A stretch of DNA of 63,909 nucleotides, counting the filler, from Hyphochytrium catenoides (taxonomy: Eukaryota > Protista > Hyphochytriomycota): assembly GCA_900088475.1 (NCBI GenBank). It is 5 parts of 5 records of this genome, joined end to end, with 100 filler letters (N's around TTAATTAATTAA, not from the genome) between each part and the next. Parts side by side here need not be neighbours in the genome. Positions count along the whole stretch, not along the records: positions 36,917 to 48,897 come from FLMG01004749.1; positions 48,998 to 57,841 come from FLMG01000367.1; 3 more parts are not named here. One strand, written 5' to 3'. The position numbers and the translations under genes were made by a program. Shown piece after piece: positions 41,401 to 53,429 of this stretch; position 1 is the first letter of the stretch, and each line of letters starts with the position of its first letter. The notes beneath the pieces were generated by a model. It was not told the DNA's origin. It saw nothing but the letters and a program-made list of their open reading frames with translations, and ran no database searches.

Positions 41401-41647
41401 TGAGCTCGGGATCAATGAGACCAAAGAAGAAGTAGCAGGCACAGTGACATTGGAAGCGTCATCTGTCAATTCTCTGCTATGGCCTTGGTAGGCCAGGTGT
41501 GGAGATTATTGTTATCGATCAACAGCCAGGGCGTAACACGAAGCAAAGTTCGCCGCCTTAAAATCTAGCGTTCGAACACTATCTGTCATCATGACCAACC
41601 CACTCCCAAGTGGTTGTTAGGCTTAAGAAGCACCAGTGTCGAGCGTG

Positions 41648-44600
41648 ATGTCATCAAGCACAATTAGAAGAAGAGGGAGGAAGGACATAGCGCTTGCCAC
41701 GGAGACTGAATATCTGGGCCTAGCAGGGGCTCATTCCGCGAAAATGACAGACACATTCCTTCTGGCTGGCACCTCCTTGGCACTCATTTTGTATCTCGCA
41801 TACATTGTCGTCTACGTGTCTGTCCCTTCTTCAATCTCTTCAGTCTTCATCATCCTCATCCTCTCTGGCTCTACTGGATATCTGCTTGGTCAGAGACGAG
41901 CTTCCAGTGTCACAGTTTCCGCCCCGTCTACCCCGCGTCAGCTGCCGAAGGGAGGAGATATACGACGACGCTCATCGGCTACGAGTCCTGCGTCGAGTCA
42001 TTTGGCTTCTCCTAAGCTATTGCGGCCCATAAGGCTGTCCCAGAGGCCGGCTGCTCTTGGCAATGAGGGACTCAAAAGCCCAACTCTGGAGCGTACCCCA
42101 CCAGCTTCGCCGACTAATTCTATCGGCAGCTCTCCTGAAAGAAGAAGTAGCGGCAGCCCCAAGTCCGTGGATGCCCGGCGGTATCCATTTACCATCACAA
42201 ACCTGGCAGGTGGATTTCCGGACAGAATCATTCCTAACTCGTCAGAGCCTGTCCACGTGGAGAATGAGTTCTTCAAAGGCAAGCTTCTCTTTCTTGTCCG
42301 TACAATACCCGAACATGAGAAATGGGGCTCCCTATTTCAGGGCAAACGGTACGTTACCTCTTGCTGACATTGAAGAGATGGAAGAGTAGCGAGCCAGCCG
42401 AATTCGCTCGAGGCTAGGTGTTCAAAGGCTACTTCTGATGCTTGACCGTGCTTCTGCCGCATACAACTCGCTCTTATGCCTGCTCTGTCTTCCCGATCTC
42501 TCCTTTTCTTTTTCCCTTTCATTCCCCTTATCTCTCCACCTGGCACTTTAGCCGTCTGTTCTGGATCCAAATGCAGTGCCAGTTCAAGCAGCAACCAAGA
42601 GGTGTCGTGTTCATGGGAGGGGAGGTCCCGCGCCGCATGTCTCTAGGTAAGTCGGTCCCAGCCCGGTTAGTCATTCATCTTCCTGAATTATTAGATAAAG
42701 CAGTTCAGCGAGGCCCCTAACCCAAAATGTGTAAAACAAGGCATGATAACCCGGAGTTTGACATCGGTTCTTCTGGGTATTGTTAAGAGCCTTGTGAACG
42801 GCTTGCACTACAGCTTTGGAGACGACCAAAACAAAGAACTCCCTCACATTGTCTTCCCTCTATGGCAAGCTGTGGACCAGGTGAGGGGAGAACAGCATGT
42901 CTTTACACTGCACGTGAAAGCTCAAAGAGTTATTTTGCTTAGATGGTCGTCACGCATAAAGGCGAGCAGCCGCCGCCTCTCGGAACATTCAGTCTGCCGG
43001 AGAGTAAGGAGCAGCAGAAGGGCAGGAAAGCCTCAACCGGATTGGGGCAGCTGAACACAGAGTGCACGTACACGTTCCAGTTCCACAGCATGTACATTGA
43101 TTTTACCCGCTGGCAAGTGGTCAATATGCCTGGTAAGGCAGAGCCAAGGATGGGGAGGGAGGCAAAGTCAAGAAAAGCAGAGGGGACAGGGGCGCAACAT
43201 TCTGCAGTTAGCCTAAGCTGAAGTCTTGATGACCTTATTGCGTACTCCCCTTGCTCCTTCAGGGCTGAAGAGTCTCGACCTGGAATCCTTCTGGAGCGAT
43301 ATGCCACTCCGCTTGGTTGCCTATGACGTCCCTGGCAATGATGCGAAGCATCATTTGGAGAGTGAAAAGCGGTACTACTTCAACTATAGTCTCAAATATA
43401 ATGGCGAAGAAAACGGAGATGAAGATGAAGAGCTTGGTGTGGACTCCCGTTTCGACGACCAGGAAGAGGAAGAGCCCTTGGATGACGATGAGAACCTCCT
43501 GTCATCCTCTCTGTCAGCTCCGAACACTATCTTAGATGATGCCACTGTTGAAGCCCACAGTAAAGCATTGGAGACGGTGACTGTGACGGTCCCCACCTGG
43601 GCGGAATATGCTAACAGCGTAACTCAGAAACGTCGCGTACTCTATACAATTGTGATCACCGAGAAGATAACGAGAATGGAGGAAGCCAGCCACTCAGGAG
43701 AGATAGGTGGGGAGCAGACGATTGAAGGAGTGACAAAGGGCACTTTGGAACAATCCCCTTCTTCTATGGACTACTACCGCGACCACGGAGATGACGGCGA
43801 GTATGACATAAGAGAAACAACAGTCGTCAGGTATTTTGGTGAGATCGCGAACGTCGTGACTCGAGATTCGCGGGTGCAGTCTGAGATCAGCAAAAGCAAA
43901 AAGAAGACGTGGTTCGAACAGCAAAGAGCAAAGATGGAGGTGAGTAGTGAGGGGCTATGGTGCTTGTGTTGATAGCCTTTGTTACGAAGGCTCGCACTGT
44001 AGTCAACTCGTGACACATGGGGTTGAGGGTTTGGTCTTGGATTCCTTTCTCTGCTTTCACTTAAAGTACACTCTTCAGGTCTGGTATTAATAAGCGGTGT
44101 AATAGGAGCTTATAACTGCCGTGCTGGAGTCCGATGACAAGATCATGCGGTCACGATTGTACACTCAACTCTTCTCATCGTCGACATTGGACAAAGAGTT
44201 CCTAGAGTCCTATGACTGGAAGAAGCAGGATAGCCAGGTTCCAAAGTTGATAGCAGACGAGGCTGATTGATACTTGACCATACGACATAACGGTATAACT
44301 CCTGCCATGTTCATAGGTAAAAGCAACAAGTGGGACCCGAACAATCTTCTATCAAAGTGAAGTAGGTCGTCTACTGTGGGACACCCATTTGCGAGGAGAA
44401 TGGGCCGTACTCTTGGACTCAGAACTATGGTTCTTTCGGTCGTTCACTAAGAAGCCAATCCTTCGACTGGCATTGGAAGAGGTAAAGTAGCTTGTATGGA
44501 CGGGTTGTGTGTAAGTGGCTCATTTACTCTTTGGCCAATGATAGGTTATTGGAGTGTCAGCTGTACCGGAGAATCGTTTGCTTCTTCCTGGCCTTCTCGC

Positions 44601-46380
44601 GTTCGAAGTGGAGACGGTGGCTCGCGTGTACTATATTATTGTCAAGAATGCCATCTGCCGGGACCAGTGGGTGGCGACACTCAGAACCAGGTCTGCGGTT
44701 TGCAAAGAAAATAAGAAAAACCAATCCTCAGCTCTTTTCCTGGACTCTGCGACGGAGCAACTGGTAGGATGCGATTCTCAGCCTGACAAGTAAACTTCGT
44801 CACTCTTCCAGATCTAAAGCCTCACGGTGCGCAGGTTGCGAGAGCCGAGCGCTGGGATGAGCGGACACGGATAATCCTTAACTGTCGGCGGAGTTACTTG
44901 GACCGGTCTCGTCGACGGACCTCAGCCTGTGACGTAGTAGCCAACATACTGGAGTGGGCAATCAGAATTCGGGCTGAAAGCGTCTCGGATACCGAGCTCG
45001 CTGCATTCCTTGACGCTACATGCGAACTGAAGGCAGTCAAACTAACAGGTCAGAGCATCTTCAACGACGTGGTGTTCGACAAACTTTGCCAACTCCATAA
45101 TTCGTGTATTCCTCTTTTTGGGTCCACACTGACTTCCCTTTGACTCTAAAGACTCGGCTTTCTCCTTACCTCCTTTCTTTCTCACATTGTTTGCTAAATG
45201 AACCCCATCTCTCCGCAGGGCTTCTCCATGACGAGCGGCTGAGCTTCTTCCTGAATCTTTTTCATGCACTTCTATCGCATGCTCTCATTGTCCTCGGGCC
45301 ACCGGTGTCTCGGCGGCGTTGGGCTCAATTTTTCAACGGGGTGTCCTACGAGGTGGCGGGGTCATGCTTCTCGCTGGCAGAAATTGAGCACTGCATTCTT
45401 CGTGCCAGTATGACCAAACCGAAGATCACCTTCGTTAAGTTTCTTCTCCCTCGGTACGATACTCTTTCAATAGTGTTTCTTGGCCTTCAGTCAGGTCACA
45501 CATTTTTGCTACTGGCAGCGCCATAATCTGTCATTTTTTCGCCATTGCAGCTTACTCCTTACCTTCTCCATCTCTTTATCCTAGTATATCTCTGAGCTTT
45601 TGCAAGCATCCTCTTTCAAGAGGTCTGCTCTCACTATGTCATTTTGTCCTAATCACCCCCTGCTTTCAAATATCAATCCAGCTACAGCGAGGACGACCCC
45701 AAGGCTCAGTACGCTTTGGATCGACCCGACTTCAGGATCAACTTTGCACTTAATTGTGCTTCGCTTTCCTGTCCAGCAGCGGTAGACCTTTTCCACCCGA
45801 AGACAGTACAGACACAGCTCAATGAAGCTTGCACACGATTTCTGGACGCATCCATAGAGGTATTAAGCTCACTTGCGATGTTTGTTTTCATTGCTTTTGT
45901 GGCTATCCCTTGATTATCACAGCTATGGCGACATTAGTGTACACAACCCATCATGAAAAGAGACGGGTTTCAAGTCCTTCCCTGATACCTGTCTTCTTTT
46001 ATTCAAGGTTGACATGGCGAAAGGGTCCGTGCGGTTACCAAAAATTTGCGAGTGGTATCGGGACGACTTTGGAGATGGTTCTTCGTTAGCATGTCTTAGG
46101 AAGATTGTCGGATTCCTATCTGAACCCTTGAGAGACGCGGTAGGAGGACAATCGCTTTTAGGAAGTGGCTGGTTATGCGTCTTCCTTACCTCTTCTTTGG
46201 TCTGCCCATTCGACAACCTGGCCCTTTCAATGAAACCTTCAGGTCTCTTTACTCATGTCTCAAGACCGTCCATTCTCGGTGAAGTATGACGCATACAACT
46301 TCGCCTGTCGGCACTCTTTGGAACTTATTCCACCTCCTACGCTCGCGTCATCAAGGCGGGGATTAAGAGGCCTTCGCTAG
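41648..46380 (+). CDS. N-terminal TM - DUF1769 - PH-like - DUF547 multidomain protein
   Basis: DUF1769 motifs (ENEFFKGKLLFLVR, FQGKRRLFWIQMQ, LHYSFG...ELPHIVFPL, YTFQFHSMYIDF, MPLRLVAY). PH-like (EEWAVL...RDQWVATL). DUF547 (ERLSFFLNLFHAL, FSLAEIEHCILR, DFRINFALNCASLSCP, LPKICEWYRDDFG). Confidence 0.8.
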
Positions 46381-46879
46381 TATGACAAGGCTGCAATGAG
46401 ATCACCAAATCGGGAGAGAGCGTTCTGTGACAGATAAACAGGTCCCTTCCAGTCGGGAAACCCTAGTGCAAGAGACATCCAAAATCTCCGAGGACTGGTG
46501 GAGCCGACGTCTTCCTGCGTTTATTTATTATGTAGTGGACGGCATGCATGCCTGGCACCTGGGTCTTGTTAAGGCGCTATACATATCGGGCTTCTTGTCT
46601 GTGGGAGCGATCTTTGTCCTATGTAAAGAAGCTACGTTATTTACAGCATTACTTCGTGGTCGGTAATCACGCAGGCAATAGTGATGATCCTCGTCTTCCG
46701 TTCCCTTTGGCCGCTTATTAATGCTTAATGGCTCCGTCCGAGGTGTATTATCAACAATGATTCTTGCCAACCTAGAGCCTAGATTTGCTAGATAGCTCTG
46801 ATTGCTAGCCACTAGAGCTTGTAAACAATCTCCCTACGTCCTTTTCCCAAAATAAATAAGATTAGGTCTTTTGGCGCTC

Positions 46880-48831
46880 TCACACCCTGAAGCTTCCATA
46901 GTGGGTGAACTTGCTTCCAGGAGTCACGGTCTCGCCCGTTTTCTCAAACAGATGCGTATGCATGAATGTCAAAAACCTCAGGGCATAGTCGGCAGGAGGC
47001 ACAGCTGTAAGATCTCTCTTGCTCTGTGGTGCGATGGCGGCGCCGAATGAGGTGAAGCAGAACAGGGTGCGGTGAGGATCTCAGGTGACGTGCTTACAGA
47101 GCTTAAGCTTTTACCTTAATACACCTCAGAAGAAGATGCTGAACCTTCCACCGAAAATCGTACCGTTGAAGAAGATCTACGAAACCTGGAAGGGAAATCT
47201 CAGTCAAAGGTGGCTCATGGACCCTAAACTTTTAGAGGCTGCATGGAACATTGCGCCTCAAGCGAGTGAAAACTCGCCGCTGCTATTGGTAGGATTTCTT
47301 GCGGGATGTAGACGTGAACCAATAGTGTGGACCTACCGAGATAGTAGATCTTATCTCCATCCTTTGAAAGAACCGCATTTCTTGGCAGTCTCGTAGGGTC
47401 TAATCTCTCCTTCATCAACGGATCCACATTCTCAATACCGACTAAGAAACTATAGTCAATGATGCCCAACTCCTGGGTATGCCAAGGAGCAAATTGACGG
47501 CGGAGATAGGGAAAGAGGTGATATGCTTGCTCGTTATATCCACTTTGTCAAGGGAAAGGCCGGCCGTCCTCACCTTCAGAAAGTTGCAATCGGCAGATAT
47601 TTGTTGCAGAAGCTTGACTCTGCTCCTAGAGTGCACCCTCAGTGCGCTCTTGTTACATAGAAATTCCTTCTCGAAGAGCAAGGATCTGCCTGAAGGATCC
47701 TGTCCGTCATCAGTAGGCCGACGATTGTCCATGATCCCCTTTAGGTCGTACCTAGGGAATATTAACTTAGGATGAAGAATGGAATGTTTTGAGCGGCATT
47801 GTACAATTTATGGTTGCCATCCGGTAACGAAGGAACCTGAAATCCTGGCTAGTCCTCTCAGCCAACAACTCAAGGAACCAATGCACGAGGACGAGGAGAA
47901 GCCCTACTTTTCAGTAATAGCAGATGACGGAAGGACATTCTCCATAGCCACGAAGAATATCTGGTTCCATCCAACCGGCAGCTGCATGGAGTGGCAGCCC
48001 AGATACCTACACAAAAGGCTCTCCGGATTATCCTACGTAGCACAACATTGGGGCATTTTCATGAGAGAAGAAAAGAGGGAGGACCCGAGAGAGAGAGACA
48101 CACACACTTGGCAAAGGCCTTTAGTGGTTCCTTGATGATAAGGTATCTAACCTGGAGATAAGCGTGGTATCTGGCAAGAATTTCCATGAGGAACTTGTGC
48201 TCCTCATACAGCATGGTCTTTACCATAAAGCGCCTAGTAGCGGTGTAATAAAAGAGCATCCCACTCTTACCCAAGGAGCTGTCGAAAGAGACATCAGGCA
48301 CTCGGGACTTGCACAAAGGGGCCCCAACTTCTAAGCGACGTCTTAACTAGGTGGCATACAATATTTCCTCTAGGACTGGACTCCTAAAACGTCCTTCTTT
48401 CAAATTCTACGAGGCTTTGCTTTTGTGAATACTCAAACGAGTGAGACCTGTATGCAATCGTCCAATAATGACACTGATTCCCATCGCAAAGTTTCCTCCT
48501 GAAACAAGGTTGCTGCTTACCCGAACTCCGTAAGCTCTTGATCTTTCGAGAAGGCGGACTCGAACTCGTGGCTGGAGATGCCACATATCTCCCGAATGTC
48601 TCGGAACACAACCGGTGCATAGTCAGTGAAGCCTAGAAAAAGTGTCGAAGGTAAGTCAAGATTCCCATCCTACCGCTGGAGTTTTTGACAGCCATGTATG
48701 AGCACTCCTCACCTAGCTTGACATAATATCGCTGCTGGCCCCACATAAAGTTAGGAGCTGTCCGTTTTCTCTCGAGATAGGCCTCCTTGGTATTGATGAG
48801 AATCTGGGTTTGCAAGAGTCCGTCGTGATTC
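46880..48831 (-). CDS. Phosphatidylinositol-phosphate kinase (PIP5K family), 5'-partial
   Basis: FTDYAPVVFRDIRE, GKSGMLFYYT...FMVKT, SLLCRYLGCHS, YDLKG, DCNFL, IIDYSFLVGI, YYLGFVDLLQRY, AVPPADYALRF. Confidence 0.88.
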
Positions 48832-48997
48832 TGTCATCTTTCCTTCCACCATCTTTGACACGCAAGGAAAACTGCTCTTACTCTGGTGGGGGAAACGNNN
48901 NNNNNNNNNNNNNNNNNNNNNNNNNNNNNNNNNNNNNNNNNTTAATTAATTAANNNNNNNNNNNNNNNNNNNNNNNNNNNNNNNNNNNNNNNNNNNN

Positions 48998-49227
48998 AAT
49001 GATCACTCAGTCCTGAGAGCCTGGTCTGGACTCGAGATCTTTTTGCTCGGCCCAGCTTCCCTCATCATCTCTCTCTCCTGTGCTGCTCCTGTTTTCTTCT
49101 GGAAATTCTTCTCACAACCCTCTTTCCCAATACACAGGTGTACCCGTAACGTCTATGTCCCTGAGAGCTAGGTGTGTATAGAGAGTGACTACTGTACTAC
49201 TGACAACGAACATTGTAGCACTCAACA
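48998..49227 (-). mobile_element. Partial copia LTR (LTR-C)
   Basis: Reverse-complement match to the LTR at 50129 (ctgagagctaggtgtgtatagagagt...cactcaaca). Confidence 0.75.
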
Positions 49228-49559
49228 GTCCTCGTCCTCTTCCACCAGGGGAACGTCCCCTATTTCGGCCCCTCCGACCACCACCCGGCAACAGACCTCT
49301 TCCTGCTCCATTGCTGGCCCCCCCGCCCACCACCAGCGGTTATGCTTGTTGCTGAGTAGCAGCAGTAGCATCGTGAACCTCAAGCGAGGTAATTATACAG
49401 GAAATGTTAGGCCTAAAACTACCGATAGGAGAATCGCAGTATCTCTGCAACCAGAGCTCCGATTAAGCTCAAACTTCGTGCCATCCTTCCTCAATAGACC
49501 GTCTACCACCTGCATATCGCATACCTGCCTTCAACTTTTCAATCATCTATGATCTAGTG

Positions 49560-49870
49560 GTCATAGGAGGGCCAATGCTCGCCAATTTGGACTCATTATA
49601 ACCAGGTGTTTTGCTGGTTCCTGGGGGAGGTCTCTATATATTACCTCATTATAATGAGTCAAATCGGCTTAGGGATATCCGGCCAACCCCCAATATCAAA
49701 ACTAAGTGCTCACCATCCAATGATTAAATCTAGCATGGTGTACGCTCCGAGCGATTTAACTCGGGCAATATATTGAGCCATTCGGTTCTGTGACACGGAT
49801 GACCATCACAGTTCCATTTGAATCTAGAGCTTACAGAGTTCTCTAGATTCCGGGGGAGTGTTAAATCACT
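49560..49870 (+). mobile_element. TRIM-like element related to LTR-A: LTR end, PBS, ~110-bp internal region, PPT and start of second LTR
   Basis: U5 ...aagtgctcaccatccaatgattaaatctagca (ends 49735) matches the LTR-A end. PBS TGGTGTACGCTCCG at 49736-49749; internal hairpin GAATCTAGAG/CTCTAGATTC; PPT GGGGGAG at 49852-49858 followed by TGTT. Confidence 0.7.
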
Positions 49871-49889
49871 CAAGTCAAGCAGCTGCTCG

Positions 49890-50060
49890 CGAATCGCTTC
49901 GTTGTCACGGACCTGGGATAATTGCAATATTTTCTAGGGGTCGAAGTTCCTAGAGACCGACCCAATCGCAAGGTATACCTTAGACAAACGAGATATATCC
50001 AAGTACTGAAGAAATTTCGTATGGAGGACTCTAACCCAACCAGCACCCCAGCTGTGGCAG
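49890..50060 (+). pseudogene. Ty1/copia reverse transcriptase fragment
   Basis: FVVTDLG-LQYFLGVEVPRDRPNRKVYLRQTRYIQVLKKFRMEDSNPTSTP. Confidence 0.8.
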
Positions 50061-50128
50061 GAGGAGCATCTTCCCATGGCGTACGAGCTCCCAGCGTTGA
50101 GTCCGACCGAAGAGCAGGAGTTATTACA

Positions 50129-53100
50129 TGTTGAGTGATACAATGCTTGTGGTCAGTAACCACTCTCTATACACACCTAGCTCTCAGAGGCATAGTCGTT
50201 ACCGGTATAAACTGTGTTATGGGTGAAGAGAGATATGAGGAAAATTCCCTGATCTCTTCTTTTGAGCAAAAAGATCTTGTTTTTAGGATGAGGATGGAAC
50301 GAGGGAAGATTGATCAGCAGAGCCCAAGAGAGAGATTCATTGAGTCAATTGACAGATAATCATCATCAAGTCCCTTTGCTATCGTTTCATCTAGACAGAG
50401 CTCCAGACGGCATCAACATCTACCTCTGCAATATTTCATCAGGTTATGTTAGGCCCACACTCCAAGTTGGTGACTGCTGCTCCTCTGCTCAACTGAGCGC
50501 TGGAGTGACGACCTTGTCCCATCAAGATGACATCAAAGGAAGGCGGAGTTCATCCACACAATATCGCTGTTCTACGCAGCAAGGACCAGTATGCTATCTG
50601 GTCAAGCCGGGTACGAAGTTACCTGGATGAGTTAGACCTCCTGGTCCACATCGAGGATGAGAGTCAGACACTGCTGGCTGATGGCAAAGATCCGCTCACC
50701 TGTAAGGATTTCACGGAGACGAGCAAGAAGAACTGGAAGAAGAATGATCGGAAGACAATTAGCAAACTAGTTCGTTCCACTTGTGTCTGATGAGCTCCTG
50801 TCGCTGCTGGAAGGGCAACCATCAGCCTACGCGGGGTGGATAAAACTGCAGGAGCAGATGGACGGAAGAGAAGGGGACAACGCTCTCAGGCGTCTACAGG
50901 AGATCACCAACTAAAGGTTTGATATTGACGGTCCTATTTCCCTGAGATCCCACCTGGTCATGCTAAAGGCAGCGAACAGATGCTTTGAAGTCATTTCGAG
51001 AGGAGGAAGGAGAACCAGGAAGATATTTACGAAACTATCCTGATCTCTTCCATCCTACAAAGCCTGCCGGCGTCCTTCGACTCCATAGTGAATCATCTGT
51101 ATGTCGTAGGGACTTCCTCTCTGGCTGCAGACGAGGTCACCAACCGGATTTGGGCCGATGAACAGAGAAGAGTGTCTAGCTCTTCTCACTCATCACCAGA
51201 GCAGCAACCTTCTTCCTCGGAGCTGAATGCACTCGCTGCAAGGGAAAGTAAAAGAGAGGAAGCATCAGAAACGCAGCGACGACAGCAACAACCTGCTCGT
51301 AGTAGCAGACAGTGCGGCATCTGTCGGAAAAAGGGGCACCATAGCGCAGACTGCTGCACGCAGGCCATCAGGCTGGAAGCCTCGCTTCCACTTTGGACAA
51401 GCTGCCGGCGTCACAACCGTCAAGAGTAGGCCATGAGCAAGTTAGTCCCTTGTTAGCTGCTCTCCTATCCTCCTCCTCCTCTTCTTCTCCCGGAGGAGCT
51501 CAAACTAATGAATTGGGATTAGCCAATCAGTATGCAAAGTCCTCTGTCAACTCTGGTGAATCCCTTACCCTAGCTTCTACCCAGCAAGCTGCAGCGAAGG
51601 CGAGAGAAGTCCAGAGCAGCCACAAATGGCTGCTAGACAGCGGATGCTCCAGTCACAGTACTGGACATCGATCACTCTTTCTTTTTTCCACTCCTATTGA
51701 CGCTCTTCCTCTCTTTACCGCTGACAACAACAGGCCAGTCTTTGCCGTGGGAAAGGGAAGCATACGCATCCCTGCTGCCAATAGAGCTACCACTCCTCTC
51801 TACCTGCCGAAATGTGCTCTATGCGCCAGGTTTTCTGAAGCATCTTCTCTCTATTGGACAATACATCCAACCTCTGGTGAAGCAGTGTTATTTACCGCAG
51901 ATGGAGCTTACACTCTCAGTCCTTCATTGGTCAAGGACATTGCAAAGTTAATCTCACAAGAACAAGTGAGACGTATTTGTTTGACCAATGGAACCGTTTA
52001 TTACTCCTCGGACACTGCCGATGGACGGGGACAAAGAAGTGACTTCTTCTCCTCCAAGACTAGCCGCAGCTACAAGCAAGCAAGAGCCTAACACCCTGTG
52101 GCACAAACGGCTTAATCATCTTAACCACCACACAGATATTCGAAGACTAGCCGTAAAGGCTTCAGGTATAGCTCTTGATAGAGCTTGTCAGCAGCCGTGC
52201 CTCTGTGAGACCTGCATTCTAGCCAAGCTTACACGTAAGCCTTTCCACGCTCAGCCTCGCAAGACAACAAGACTGCTTGAACTTCTGCATGCTGACGTTG
52301 GCATTGTCAATACTCGTAGCTACCAAGGCTATGTATACTTCCTACTCGTTGTAGATGATCACTCGCGGAGGTGCTTTGTACATAAGAAGCAAAGCAGAGG
52401 CAGAAAGTAAGCTGGAGAAGCTTATTCTCTTTATAATGGAGAACCAGACGGGTCAGTGTGTCAAGGAGATTCGCTCCGATCGCGGGGAAGAGTTCATGAG
52501 TGGCGCTGCTCACAGTGTCTGCTCTCGCCGCGGAATCTTGCACTCACCTACACCTGCTTATTCACCCTCTAGCAACGGATGCTGTGAACGTTGGATGAGA
52601 ACTGTCATGCAAGCGACGAGATGCCTTTTGCCGCTGAGCTGCCTAGTAGCCTCTTTTGGGCAGATGCATTGGCCTCAGCTGTTTACGTCGTCAACCGCTG
52701 CCCAACTGGCTCTCTCGCTGGCTCTACTCCGTACGAGAAATGGTACGGGAAGCCACCTGATGTTGGTCACCTACGCGTCTCTGGTTCACTGGCGTATGCC
52801 TTGAAGCCCTCGACGATGCTCAAGAAACTTGATGCACGGAGCTCTCGGTATATGTTTGTAGGGTACGACTCTGGCTGGTATGCATGGCTATCGGCTGTAT
52901 GACCCTGTGACGAAGAGAATCTCTGTGCGGCGTGATGTAATTATTGACGAGTCTCGCTCGGGTGCATTTTTGTTGAAGAAGGCCGGGAGGCAGGAGCTGT
53001 TCCCAACAATCGCGAGCGAAGAAGCCACTACAGTTGATTTAGCACCACTAGATGCTGAAGAAGAAGTAGTGATGAGACAAGAAGGACAAAGTGCACGCGC

Positions 53101-53429
53101 GGTCGGGACAGAAGAAGAAGTAGCAGTGAGACAAGAAGGACAAAGTGCGACAAGAAGGACAAAGTGCACGCTCGGTCGGGACAACAGGTGCAGCAGAAGG
53201 ATATGGCTCGGTCGGGACAGCAGGTGCAGCCGATGCCATTGGTTCCCCCGTGTCGGCACCCGACCGACCGCAGCGAAGCGAGAGATAGTTCTTCCTTGAA
53301 GACAAGCGACACCGAGGTTGGGGACAATGAAGACTCACCCGCAGATTCTTCTCCCTCCTCTTCTGCCGCAACGACCACCCCTCCTTCACTCGGTCCTACG
53401 GCGGATAGACTGTTGTTACAGGAAAAGAC
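50129..53429 (+). mobile_element. Decayed Ty1/copia retrotransposon: 5' LTR (50129-50441), PBS, gag-protease-integrase, 3'-truncated
   Basis: TGTTGAG...CATCA LTR then GGTTATG..GGCCC. Zinc knuckle CGICRKKGHHSADC; protease WLLDSGCSSH; LWHKRLNH, CETCILAK, LLHADV, VDDHSR, IRSDRGEEF, SNGCCER, KLDARS. Multiple frameshifts and stops. Confidence 0.92.

Noticed and set aside
53050-53230. Short tandem duplications after the integrase
   Set aside because: Ordinary variable linker between copia integrase and RT.
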